Assembly (NCBI RefSeq): GCF_006345805.1 | Contig: NC_042997.1 | Location: 133,548,001-133,612,000 of the forward strand | Direction: 5' to 3' | DNA length: 64,000 bases | Source: Octopus sinensis | Taxonomy: Eukaryota | Shown here: positions 26,832 to 40,393 of the stretch, piece after piece | How the letters are laid out: every line of letters starts with the position of its first letter | How positions within the stretch are numbered: the stretch's first letter is position 1 | Translations under genes and position numbers: made by a program | The notes under the pieces: generated by a model | What the model was told of the DNA's origin: nothing | Seen by the model: the letters and a program-made list of their open reading frames with translations, nothing else | Databases searched by the model: none

Positions 26832-27109
26832 TTTTTCTTTCCACGGGTAAACCTCACCTGTCCTCCCCTTTACACTTCATATTGACATTTCTGTGATAAC
26901 GATCCCTATTGATCAATTTTTTTTCCTCTCCCCCCCTTTTTTTAACCCCCCCCCTTTTTTTGTCCTCTTTCTCTCCTTTTACGATCCCTTTTGATCGAAA
27001 CTTCCCCCTTTCCTTTTTTTCTTTTTTTTTTTTTTAAACCTTCAAAAGAAAAGCTCTACCTTGTAATTTGTTCTATCTGTGTGCAGCCCTGTGTGGCTAA
27101 TAAAGAAAC
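26832..27109 (+). mobile_element. Tx1/L1-like LINE 3' UTR copy in (TATC)n
   Basis: Homologous to 47461-47790; ends ctgtgtggctaataaagaaac|atatctatc. Confidence 0.85.
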
Positions 27110-27519
27110 ATATCTATCTGTCTAACTATATATATATAGGGAGAATTCACAAAAGAAAAATAAAAGACGAAGACAGGTGGTGTAGACAACAAACAGATGT
27201 ATTAGTATAACGCTCTATGTTCAACCCAAGATCATCCCTTATAAAGCATACCTTTGATCAAAGGCTTTCCGGCCATGACCATTTAGTCTTTTATTCGTTC
27301 ACGTGTTAAGGATTTCATTGAATAATCTGATACGATTGTAAGATATTAAGAAGTATTTGAGGAAAATTCGACTGCTATTTCGACCTAGTCGAACAGCCAC
27401 ACCGGGGCTGCATCTTTGTTTTATCATCATGGTATAAATTTATATTCCTATGAAGTGATGACTATGAACTTGACTTTGTAAGCCGAATTATAAGCCCCAG
27501 GTGTCGCCTATTTACAAAT

Positions 27520-27895
27520 GGTGGAAGCACTCCGTCGGTTACGACGACGAGGGTTCCGGTTGATCCGAATCAACGGAACAGCCTGCTCGTGAAATTAACG
27601 TGTAAGTGGCTGAGCACTCCACAGACACGTGTACCCTTAACGTAGTTCTCGGGGAGATTCAGCGTGACATAGAGAGTGACAAGGTAATACAGGTACAACA
27701 GAAACAGGAAGTAAGAGTGAGAGAAAGTTGTGGTGAAAGAGTACAGCAGGGATCACCACCATCCCCTACCGGAGCCTCATGGAGCTTTAGGTGTTTTCGC
27801 TCAATAAACACTCCCAACGCCCGGTCTGGGAATTGAAGCCACGATCCTATGACCGCGAGTCCGCTGCCCTAACCACTGGGCCATTGCGCCTCCAC
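27520..27895 (-). mobile_element. SINE B (head 1 + tail P) with 10-bp TSD
   Basis: TSD atttacaaat at 27510-27519 and 27896-27905. Confidence 0.9.
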
Positions 27896-29079
27896 ATTTA
27901 CAAATAGATAAACTGGGACAATAAAGGTGAACTGTCACGACAGTCGAAACATCCCAAGACTGATGAAAGGATACGAACTGCCTACGTTTTGGTTTGATAT
28001 CTTTAACTCTATCAATTCTCACCACCCACTCTTGATCATATGTAAAATTTTTAGAACAATGCACCTAAGCACCGTTTCACTATTTGACTTCCATCCCACA
28101 TTCTCTCTCCACTCTTTCTCACACACACACACGCACACATACACACGCACACACTCACATAAGTACGTATGCACATGCACACACAGAGAAAGACCGACAC
28201 GAATTGGTTTTTAATTATCAAAGAGTTGATTTTATTAAATTCCAGGAAAATTATAGTTCCAAAAGTACGCTTTTCTTTTAAACTTTCTTTCATCAGACAG
28301 ATAATTGTGAGCAACAGAAAACTACCATCAATTAAAATTTCAAAATTAAATACTTTTTAACAATTATATTTTGTTTGGAGCTAAGATTTTACAACTTTCT
28401 TTCTTTGTTTTTGTCATTTTTGTTTTTGGGTTTTTTTTGCACATCTCAATTCTCAAGAGGCAGTGTCTTCAAGAAAAATATATATGTGTAAAATGATGAA
28501 AAATAATACGAATAAAACTATAAAATATAATATAAATTATACAAAATACAATAAACGAAAGTTAAAAAAAAAAAAAGAGCTAGAGAGAGAGAAAGTATGA
28601 AAGAACTAAAAAAAAAAAAAACATATAGAAGACAAACGGAAGAAAACAGGAAGGAGACAAAAAAATGTGAAGATAATAGAGTGGAAGAAAAGGGGACATA
28701 ATTACGACTCAAAATGTAGAAAATAAAAATTATAACTTTAAGTTATTTTTGATTTGTCTGTGTCTGTTGTGGAATTAAAACAATTAAGAATGATTTTTTT
28801 TTTTATGTTTTATACTTTTAATTGTTTTCTACTACTATTGGAATAGTTGAAGTTGTTCTTGTTGTTGTTGTTGTTATTGTTGTTCTTTTTGTTGTTGTTG
28901 TTGTTGTCGTTGTCGTTGTTGTTGTTGTTGTCTCTGTTGCTATTGTTAAAAATCTCTTCCCTGCCTTTTATACTTGTCTTTATCACCCCCTTCTCGCTTT
29001 CACTCTATTTTTCTTTCTATCTCTCTATCCATCTACCTATCTCTATCTATGTATCATTCTTTGTTCCCTGCCACCCCTC

Positions 29080-29132
<53 letters not shown>

Positions 29133-29399
29133 TCTCAGTTCATCTCTTTCTTTGTTTCCCCCTTCGCTACAATTCGAACTTTCTCACAACCGTTATCCGC
29201 CATATCTCCTTCATTTTCACTATATATATATTTATATATATATATATATATATACATACATATATTCATACATACATACATATATATACACATACATATA
29301 TAAATATATATATATGTACAGATATATATGTACACACACATACACACACACACACATACACACCACACACACACATATTATATATAATATATATATAGG

Positions 29400-29448
<49 letters not shown>

Positions 29449-30350
29449 CTATATATATAAATATATATATTCATATATGTATGTGAGTATGTATATATAT
29501 ATATATATATACATATTCATCTGTCTGTGTCTGTGTTTCTCCCTCCTCTCTCTCCCCTCCTCTCTCTTTCTCTCTCTCTCTCTCTCTCTTGTTTTCATTG
29601 CTACATCCTAATCACTAATTTTCTTATAAACGTCCCCCATCTTTCTCCGTCTATTTCTATTCTTCTTGTTCAGATCAATTCTTTTTCACATTATTATTTT
29701 TGATGCCGATGCTGGTTTTCTTCTTTTTATCCTTTACTTCTTAATTTTATCACAAATTCCACTTAGAAAACTAAACTATCTTCAAATTGAATTGAGAATC
29801 TCAGTGGTTACTGCTAACCTTTCGACCCCGAATCAGCAAATCCTTTATTAAATCACTTTAATATTTGAACAGCAACACTGGTAAACTTCATTCAATAAAG
29901 TGGTTGTTTACATTAAGCTAAGGCATCAACGCACTTTCAAATCTTAATTGGGTATATTTCATCCGACACAGGCATGCCAGTGTGATAGAGAAGATTGGTC
30001 TTCCACTACGTGGTACGTTGTAACACATTCTACCAGGTTGGCACGTTGTGGCACATTGTACCAGGTAGCCCGTTGAGCAAGTGCCTTTTGCCATAAAAGA
30101 AAATTGATTTGAAGCCTGTCGAATGGATCGTCTCTTTCTTGAGGTTTGCACTTAGAACATCACCCGGATTTATTCCATCAACTCATTTGATCTTTATGTA
30201 ACTTTAGCAGACTCCACGTTCTTGTAAGTATCTGAGGAAGATCTCCGTTGTAAAGATAACCGACTCCTTTCTTCCCACAGGCCTTGGAAGCCATCACGCG
30301 CGCGTGTGTGAGTGTGTATATCTGTGTGTCTAGTGCACGGTAATATCGAT

Positions 30351-30417
<67 letters not shown>

Positions 30418-30756
30418 CGAGAAAAACGCCCCCTGTCAATGGGCGGTGCTGAGTTGTCAAACATTTAAACCAAATTTTCTCAAACAACTTGTCCGACCGT
30501 CACATAGGCCTCCCCTTTGAGAAACACTGATTTAACCTAAATTTGAGACACCAGCAAAAGAAGAAATAAAGATAGACTTTTTTCTATTCCAAAGAAAAAC
30601 GATTTCCAACGGCTTTATCGATCGCAATCTCACCTGGAATCGATTTTTGTAATTTTTTTCAAGACTTATATCAAATTTTAGCGCAATCGGATGAAGGATG
30701 TCCGAGATCCTAGAAGACACACACACAGATGGACAGAACGGATTTTATATAACAGA
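30418..30756 (-). mobile_element. Non-autonomous Helitron-like element (family 2)
   Basis: Reverse complement homolog of 25652-26021. Confidence 0.65.
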
Positions 30757-31400
30757 TATATATATTTAGAATTTAATTGTCTCCTACAGCTGTTTCAATG
30801 GAATAAAATATCATTGTATTATTACGTAATTAAAATACATAATTTTAAAATGATGCGCTACTCATATCTTCAAGAGAAAGAATTACAAAAATAGATAACC
30901 AGGAAACAATTACTGATTTCAATACAAACGAGACATATTGTCTTAGCTGATTCTGATTAAACATATGAATTTGTTGCACTAGGATTTACCGCATTGTTGA
31001 AACGAATTGAAGTTTAACGATGTTTTATCAGTTGAACGTTTAATTAGTGGGGAAATAGTCTTTGATGTTAATTAATGCATCAAATATACATACACATCTC
31101 AAAGAATAGATACACATCCCTCGTTATAGCTTTTTAAGCGTGCAGGCATTCTTCATTAGAACAATGCTAAAAAGGGTTAGATTATTAAAAACTGCTCAAA
31201 TGTCTACTAAATACTAAATTAAGTATTTAAATGCATCAAATAACGTAATTTTGTTTCTAGGAATAGGTCTTTCAACTATGATGACGTCTGTTTACTTTCG
31301 AGATGTCTGTGCATATGAATAAGAGTATGAGTGTAAATGTATATTTCACACATACATTCGTATTTATATACACTGCTTGTGTGCATATGTGCGTGTAAAG

Positions 31401-31459
<59 letters not shown>

Positions 31460-31479
31460 AATAAGTATCCACTTTCTTC

Positions 31480-31730
31480 ACTACTTCAGGGAGTGACGAC
31501 CCTGCCTGACACGAGTCCTGGCCACGACTGGCTCCGGCTGACAGTACCCGGAATGGGCTCCTATCCAGGGTTACAGAAAGTAGACAATCTTCAAAGAAAT
31601 CTTGAGTGGACCCCCGTATGTGGTTTAGTGTTCGACTCGACACTCTTCCGTCAGCTCCTGCAACTAAGCTGGTGCCAAACGTAGTGCTCTGCACTCCTTT
31701 GGACTACGTCAGCAAGTCAAGAAAGAAATC
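31480..31730 (-). mobile_element. Probable fragment of a LINE (RTE-type) 5' region
   Basis: GC-richer island (gtagtccaaaggagtgcagagcactacgtttggcaccagc...gcaggagctg) resembling RTE 5' untranslated regions; from recollection, unverified. Confidence 0.3.
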
Positions 31731-32557
31731 CTGACATTTGGGCCCCCCAAGATTTTTTTACATCTAGGCCAGGCCTGCGCAAAACTGGAGAGGAAACTGG
31801 AGAGAACATGAAATGTAAAAACCAAACTGGATTAGTTTTTGCGTAACTCCATTGTCTCCCGAGAAAAGGATGCCAAAAATATACATATATATATGTGTGT
31901 GTGTATATATGTATATGTACAATATATATATATGTATATATGTATATATATATTATATATATATATAGGTATTTATATTATATATATTATATATATATAT
32001 ATATAATATATATATAGAATATGTATGTATGTATATACATATATATAGACTTATATATGGCAGTTCAAATAAAAGTTACAAACCTAATTAAGGTATAGTA
32101 AAATCGTATACTAAGAATGTTGAACATTACAATTAATATTCAACTGTAAGGTAACTATAGAAACCGTGGTTTATATATATTTATTTATTTCAATAAGGTA
32201 AGAAAATAAAAAGTTAATTAATAAATTATCTTTTAGTAATTGAAAAATTGGCAACATATCTTAGAGCTATTTCAATTCTAGACCTTCAGAAAATTAATTA
32301 ACATTAATAAAATTAAAAATTAGTTGAAAGTCGAATCTCGTCAGAGTTAGTTTAAGAAATACAAAACAGGTGTTCAATTCTTGCATGTTGAGTATACGGC
32401 TGCAAGCTGTTAACGGTTTGCAGCCGTGTACTTAACATGCCGAATCGCTAGGCTACAGATATGTAAACACACCAACATTGGTTTGTCAGGTGATGTGGGT
32501 GGAGAAAACATAGACACGCACCACACACGTACATACATACATACATACATACATACA

Positions 32558-32679
<122 letters not shown>

Positions 32680-32801
32680 GACTGGCTACTTTTGTTTGGG
32701 TCTATCAAATCAATTCACAAGGCTTTTGTCGGCCCGAAATATATATATATATATATATTGTGTATGTATGTAAGTAGTATGTATGTATGAATGTGCGAAT
32801 A

Positions 32802-32861
<60 letters not shown>

Positions 32862-32899
32862 ATAACTTCAAAGTGGACTTTGAACTTTTAAACCCAAAC

Positions 32900-33275
32900 T
32901 AAACGATAACAAAGGAGACTACTGCTTAAGTTAGCGCTAGGAGAAAAACGACAATCTTTGGTTTCAAGACGAAAGGTGTTCTTCCATTAGAATAATGCTC
33001 GGCCACATACGGCGAGGACAATATTCCAAAGACTGGAACAATTTGAATGGAAAACGATGCCTCACTCACTATATTCGCCGCTGTTTATCATTTGTTCCGC
33101 AGATTTCAAAATCATTTGAACGGAAAAAATATGAATTCTGTAGACGAGGTCAGAACAGTACTGGAGGAATATCTTTCGTCATGAACAAGTGAATTTTAGG
33201 AGAGGGTCCTTGCAAGTCTACCAGGTAAATGAAAAGGCATTGTAGAAAATGAAGGAGAGTATATTTTAGATTCAA
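32900..33275 (+). mobile_element. Mariner transposase C-terminal remnant
   Basis: VFFH*NNARPHTA, YHLFRRFQNHLNGK, IVENEGEYILD*. Confidence 0.8.
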
Positions 33276-34069
33276 ATATCGCATTATGTATGGGATGACC
33301 AAATATATATAGTATATAATTAGTGTGGGCTGCTGAGCACGATAAACTAAACTTGCACTTTGTCGGTTATGGTGACAATGGTTCCAGTTAATCCGATCAA
33401 CGGAACGGCCTACACGTGAGAGAGAAATCTGCACTATTAACTGTTATGTGCTCATCTACTGTTGAGTAGATTGGAGCAACGTGAAATGAAGTACTTTGCT
33501 GAAGGACACGACATGCCACCTGGCCCAGGAATTGAATTCATAACGTTATGATCATAAGCCGAGCCTAACCATTATACAACGCGGAGAAGAGCCATAGCTG
33601 GCACAACATTTTACTTCAATTTTGAATCTACTGAGCAGAGAACTCATCATTTTGTATATTTATTTATATTGTGTTGCATCCAGCGGAGTTCTTTGATTAT
33701 CGGACTGCCAACCTGAAGTTCAGCTGTTCATATCTTATCCACAATTATAATTAGTGACTATAGGAATGTCTAAATAACTCTCACTAACCCAATCCGTTTA
33801 GCTATGAACTGTTATCATGTGTAGAGGAAATTTACGTTTGTTTTTCTTTAGTCGCTGACCAACCTTGACTGTGAGGACTGATGAAGAAAGATATCCAGCC
33901 ATAACTATTCTGGGTGTTGTATAATCATAACTAAGTTATCTATCCTGTATCTTCATTTTTAACAAGGGAAGAAGAATAAACTGCTCTTTCTAGCCGATTT
34001 GGTGTCCACAGAAAAGCTTTCCTCGTTGGCTCGGTTCCATTGGTGAAAAAGAGGGAACAATGTATTATT

Positions 34070-34680
34070 AGTTTCAAATTTTAGCACAAATCCAGTAATT
34101 TCGGGGAAGGGGCTAAGTCGATGAAATTGGCTCCAGCTCTCTCAGCTGTTGCTTATTTTATCGAAAGGTTGAAAGGCAAAATCGATCTCGGTGGGATCTG
34201 AACTTGAGATACAAAAACGGACGAAATGCCACTATGCATTTTGCCTGGTGTACTAACGATTCTGCCATCTCATCGCTTTATGAGCATTGTAGAGTTCATT
34301 TCCTTAAACTGCTACAAATTCATAGAATATGCTAAGCACAATTTAATCTCAGAACATCTCTAGTACTTCATATGTGTTAACAACACTTGAATTCTCAGCA
34401 TACGACTTCGAAACATTTAATCCTACCCACTATCATATCTTCCTACACTTTGGGCTTTATTATATTTCTCATTAATGGGGCGACGAGCTGGTTGAATCAT
34501 TAGTGCGTCGGACAAAATGTTAGCGGCATTGTTTTACGTTCTGGGTTAAAATCTTACAAAGGTCAATGTTGTCCCTCATTCTTTTAGGGTCAATGAAATA
34601 GTACCAGTGAAGTACCGGGGTCAACGTAATCGACCACTCTCTCTTCCTAAAATTGCTGTCCATGTGCAAGTGATGAAACC
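34070..34680. mobile_element. Decayed SINE A copies (34070-34280 minus, 34477-34680 plus)
   Basis: gaaaggcaaaatcgatctcgg..tgaact; gacgagctggttgaatcattagtgcg. Confidence 0.65.
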
Positions 34681-34789
34681 ATTATGTTTCTGATTTCTTC
34701 AGGCGGCAAAACATTTTAGCAAATCGGACAAAATGCTTAGCAGAATTTCTTCCGGCTCTTAATGTTCAGAGTTCATATACCGTAGACAA

Positions 34790-35290
34790 TCAACACGAGA
34801 GGGACACGTTTTAACAAATACCGTATTAGTATAACGCTTAAAAGAGAGACGAAAAGTTTGACGTTTCGGATCTTAGTCCTACATCAAAAAACTAAGCGCC
34901 TGAGAAAAGGTGATAGGGAAACAAATAAAATTAAAAAGACGGTCGAGAAATACGGGAGAAAGAGGTTAGGAATTAGACGGGACTGAGATTCTAATGAGGG
35001 TGAAGTTAGGAAGTGAGGAAGAGGTGCGCGGTGTGCACATGTGTAGGAGGGTATCCGTTTATAACGATGCCGTAAGTGGAGCTGGTATGGGGTGCATGTG
35101 ATTTTTTGGGTTGCTTGAAGGTGAATAAGTATGAGCGTGGAGGGAGTGTGGGTATGTGAGAAGAACCAAAGGTCTTGATTTACCATCAGTGATCTTATTT
35201 CTGTAGACTTTAATATGGTGACTTCTCGACAAGTTTCGATAAAATTAGTGGATCTTCTTTCACGGTTTGTTTATCTGTCCATGCGTTGGA
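34790..35290 (-). mobile_element. Penelope-like 3' remnant with a mutated hammerhead motif (34854-34892)
   Basis: Minus strand TTGATGT-agga-ctaaga-tcc-GAAA-C-GTC-aaac, then tctctctttt..gcgttatactaatac as in family members at 3938 and 27135. Confidence 0.45.
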
Positions 35291-35652
35291 CACCATAATA
35301 CTAGATTTTAACCTATTTCTTCAAGATGTCCCACACAGATACCGAGCAATGGCAATCATCACTCAGCAAATTTTGGATAAATTTTGGCAAGCCCCTAACC
35401 TGGGAGTGCACAACGTCAATAATTCGCATATGTCTAAACCAGCATTTACAGTTATGCTTCCGTGTGAATGTATGTGCTCGTGTGCATGTGTATATGTGTG
35501 TGTGTGCGTGTATGTGTTAGTGCATGTGTTGTGTGTGTGTATGTGTGCGTGTGTGTGCTGTCTCACATCATCAGCAATTCCGAAAAGCACTTGTACATCA
35601 TTACGCCGAGTGTGTGCATATGTATATGTATATATATATATATATTATATAT

Positions 35653-35722
<70 letters not shown>

Positions 35723-36105
35723 TATATATATATATATACCCCACACACATATTATATATATATATATATACATATATATGTATATATTAGCGGGGGGGTG
35801 GCAGGCAAAAAAAAACAGAGTGGAGGGGATGGACAGGGAGAGAGAAGAGAAAGATGAAAAGAGAGGGAGTTAAGTGCATTCGTGTGCGTGTGTGTATGCG
35901 TGCCTCAGGGAGTGTTTTCATAACCACATCAGCTAACGCATGAGTGAGTCGAGAGACATATTTCTGTCAAAGTTATTGAGTCAAAGAGTGTTGGGTGTGT
36001 TCCTTTCTGCCTCTCCCTTGCAAATATGGGTCTCTGGACATTCGGTGGTGTAAATGTGTGTGTGTGGTGTGTTTTTTGATATATATATATATTATATATA
36101 TATAC

Positions 36106-36176
<71 letters not shown>

Positions 36177-36579
36177 ATGACTATGTATACTTATATACGT
36201 ATGTAGATGCGCTCGTGTATGTTCAAACTTATATGTCTATATGCGTGTCTGTGTGTCTATGTATTCGTGCTTATGTTACGTTTTTAGTGAATTTGTAGTT
36301 TGTGCATATTTGCATACGGCTGTGATTGTATTTGTATGTGACTGTGTTTCTGTGTGTATGTGTGTGTGTATGTGTGCTGCCTGAGTTTGTTCTCGACATA
36401 TGGGAATAAAAAAATAAAAAAAAAACCTATGTGAAAGATTGCATAAATCTAGAAATATACTGTTTTGCTATCAACGTGTGTGGTACGTTGTTGATACGTG
36501 TTTGTGAGTGAGCAGAGGGTTACCTCAGTAAATGCGTGATTTTGTGTGCGGAACATTACCAACACTTGTATGTGTGTGG

Positions 36580-36610
<31 letters not shown>

Positions 36611-36613
36611 TGT

Positions 36614-36656
<43 letters not shown>

Positions 36657-36704
36657 ATGTGTCTGTGTGTCTGTGTCTGTGTGTGTGCATACATATATAT
36701 ATAT

Positions 36705-36744
36705 ATGTCTCGCTCCCTATCGCCTTTCTCTCTGTGTTTATATA

Positions 36745-36783
<39 letters not shown>

Positions 36784-36814
36784 ACAGAGAGAAAGGCGAT
36801 AGGGAGCGAGACAT
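36705..36814. repeat. Perfect fold-back centred on (TA)n
   Basis: atgtctcgctccctatcgcctttctctctgtgttta (TA)n taaacacagagagaaaggcgatagggagcgagacat. Confidence 0.95.
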
Positions 36815-36857
36815 AGATAGATAGACAGATAGATAGATAATAGATAGATAGATAGAT

Positions 36858-36994
<137 letters not shown>

Positions 36995-37819
36995 CTGCAC
37001 ATGTTTTTGTGTAGAATCTACCTATCTATCTATCTATCTATCTGTCTACCTGCCTATGTATGTATATATGTATGTACGTATGAATGCCTGATTGGTATGA
37101 ACGTATTGTATGTATGTATGTATGTATGTATGTATGTATGTATGTATGTATGTATGTACGTATGTACGTATGTATGTATGTATATATGTGTGTGTGTATG
37201 TATGTATGTATGTATGTATGTATGTATATATATATATGTATGTATGTATGTTTGAATGAATGCATGTATATGTTATTTAGTTTCATTTCCAATGAAGGAA
37301 GAGTCGGTTTCTAGTTTAGATTCAACATTTCTGCATCAGAATTTTAAAATCAACAAGGTAGTTCAGCATGTATGTATATGTGCTGTGTACTGATAGAATA
37401 TTAGCAGGCTTTGACACGTGCATAAGTATATATATGCATGTATGTGGAATGTATGTATGAATGTATGTATGAATGTATGTATGAATGTATGTATGAATGT
37501 ATGTATGGAGGGTGGTTGGACGGATGGATCTCAAGCGACGAAAATATTTTGGCAAATTAAATTTAATGTAAATTTGAAGTGAATCTAACGGTTTTTGTGT
37601 GTATTTTAAATGGCTTATAAACACCTTCCACGCTGCAACTGTTTTCGTTCCAGCACACGATCTCTGATCAGGTAACTTGCTGTGCATGTACATCTCTGTA
37701 AAAAAAAAATTACTGATGATAGTAATTTAGTACCTGCCACTGTTGTCGGTGCTATTCTTCAACTTTATTTTTCAAATAGTCTGTGGCTACAAATTTTCAG
37801 TCGTCTCTTTTAAACATTA

Positions 37820-38370
37820 GTTATTTCAGCGAAAGTCGACTACTATAACTTCCTGGTCGTAAATACGCGGATTCAAAAAGAAATTGGAATCAATCACAGC
37901 CGAATTATACTGCAGCCAAATAGACCTAATGATGCAGAAACTTACAAAAAACAGCCCAGATTAATCAACAGATCCACTCCTATTTAATTACAAGAGAACG
38001 CCAGACCACAATCACAAAAATGACATTGGTGAAACTACAGGATTTGGAGTTGGATGTTCTCCATCATCCACCATACTCACCTGATCTTGCCCACTAACTA
38101 CCACTTCTTCCAGATTTCGGATAACATTTTGATAGGAAAAAAATTTAATTCCGACGATGCTGTAAAACAGGCCTTCCAAGATTTTATTGACTCTAGATTG
38201 CCAGGCTTTTACAATTCCGGGCTGGACAAACAACCGCTGAAACGGGAAAAGTGTATTGACAATATGGGTGCACACTTTGATGAATAAAACTATTCCATGT
38301 ATTCATAAAACATTAACAAACTTTTTTTATCTACAAATTTCAAACAAACTTCATGCTTGACAACCTAATA
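37820..38370 (+). mobile_element. Mariner transposase 3' remnant with right TIR (mirror copy ~40972-41520, minus strand)
   Basis: QENARP, LDVLHHPPYSPDL, YHFFQ..DN, CIDNMGAHFDE*; TIR-like catgcttgacaacctaata. Confidence 0.88.
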
Positions 38371-39169
38371 TTCACGATTCGAACTCTTTTGGTCATTACC
38401 CAGCATGCATGACCATGAGCGTCCAGGATCTTTTAGCAACAGCATAGCATCATTTTTCTTATCCCGAAAAGATAAAGTTGAGTCGGCGGCATTTGAACTC
38501 AGAGGGATGAGAGTAAAAAGAAATCCCAAGAACGAAGTACGTCAACATCTCAACGCCGAAAAACACTTCTTAATAGTTTTTTAAGCATTCTGTTTTTTTT
38601 TTTTTTTACTTCCGAGTCTTGAAAAATCTTCCAGGTACAACAAACAATATTACAATATAAAGTATTTGCGCGAATATGCTTTTTTTTTTCCTTATTTTTG
38701 TGCTTCTCTTTTTCTTGCGTTCAGTTTTTACTATTTTTAATACATTTTTTATATTATATTTATGATGAATAAAGATATATATGAACATATATATACACAC
38801 ACACACAAACACACACATATATTGCACACGTATGCACTCGTACATGAATATACACTTATACACATATATATGAACATATATATATACCCACACACACATG
38901 CATACACACACGCACATATGTGTGTGCTTGCGTGTGTGTGTATATATATGTATGTATGTTTGTATGTATATATATTTACATATACATACGTACAATGCCT
39001 ACATATACACTCGTGCTTACATATACACTCACACACACGTATGTACGCACGTACTATGTATGTATACACGCACGTTTGTATAAATATATGGATGGATGGA
39101 TGGATATCTGCATGCACATATGTATGTACGTATGTACGAACGTGTGTGTGCGTGTGCGCGTGTGTGTGT

Positions 39170-39206
<37 letters not shown>

Positions 39207-39529
39207 CGTGTGCGTGTGTGTGTGTATGTGTGTGTGTGCGCGCGCGCATGTGTGCGTATAGTACACGGTAATATTGATTTTCAAACTTCACTTGTTCATA
39301 TATAGTTTGTACTTGCTGGAATAATTTGCTTCGTATAATCATCCTTCCGTGTGCGTAATTGCTATGGTGAGGAGGAGGAGGGAGAGATGAAGCAGATGCT
39401 GCTCTCACAAACATACAATGCTACATCCAAAATCGGTGCGTCGTTCAACTGACCCGTAAACCAATACATATATATATAACGATCTATCTGTCGTTATCTA
39501 TCTACATTATTATCAATATTTATATATCT

Positions 39530-39960
39530 CAAGGCGGCGAGCTGGCAGAAACGTTAGCACACCGGGTGAAAAATGCTTAGCAGTATTTCGTCTGCCGTTA
39601 AATTCTGAGTTCAAATTCCGCCGAGGTCGACTTTGCCTTTCATCTTTCCGGGGTCGATAAATAAAGTACCAGTTATGCACTGGGGTCGATGTAATCGACT
39701 CAATCACTTTGTCTGTCCTTGTTTGTCCCCTCTGTGTTTAGCCCCTTGTGGGCAATAAAGAAATAAGAAACGTTAGCACGCCAGGCGAAATGCTTAGCAG
39801 TATTTCGTCTGTCTTTATGATCTGAGTTCAAATTCCGCCCAGGTCGACTTTACCTTTCATTCTTTCGGGGTTGATGAATTAAGTACCAGTTACGTACTGG
39901 GGTCGATCTAATCGACTGGCCCCATCCCACAAAATTTCGGGCCGATGCCTAGAGTAAAAA
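39530..39960 (+). mobile_element. Tandem SINE A dimer with two different 3' tails
   Basis: First unit ends agccccttgtgggcaataaagaaat; second, head-truncated unit ends ggccccatcccacaaaatttcgggcc. Confidence 0.85.
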
Positions 39961-40159
39961 AGAATATTTATATATCTCTTTCTCCTTTCTCACTGTCTAT
40001 CAGTCTCTCTCTCTCTCTCTTTTTCTTTCTTTCTCTCGCATACACGCGCGCGCACCCCACCCCCACCCCACCCCCACCCCCACACACGCATACACAGTCT
40101 CTTCTCCCTTCCTCTATCTGACTCTTCTCCACAACTAAAATATATCCACTTATTCTCTT

Positions 40160-40393
40160 CTTATGTCTTTACTGCCCACAAGGGGCTACACACAGAGGAG
40201 ACAAACAAGGACAGACAAACGGATTAAGTAGATTATATCGACCCCAGTGCGTAACTGGCACTTACTTAATCGACCCCGAAAGGATGAAAGGTAAAGTCGA
40301 CCGTGGCGGAATTTGAACTCAGAACGTAGCGGCAGACGAAATACCGCTAAGCATTTCGCCCGGCGTGCTAACGTTTCTGCCAGATCGCCGCCT
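40160..40393 (-). mobile_element. SINE A with ~12-bp TSD
   Basis: TSD ttattctcttct on both sides. Confidence 0.9.

Noticed and set aside
31493-31684. 63-aa GC-richer ORF as a host exon
   Set aside because: No convincing donor or homology; the segment looks more like a retroelement 5' region.
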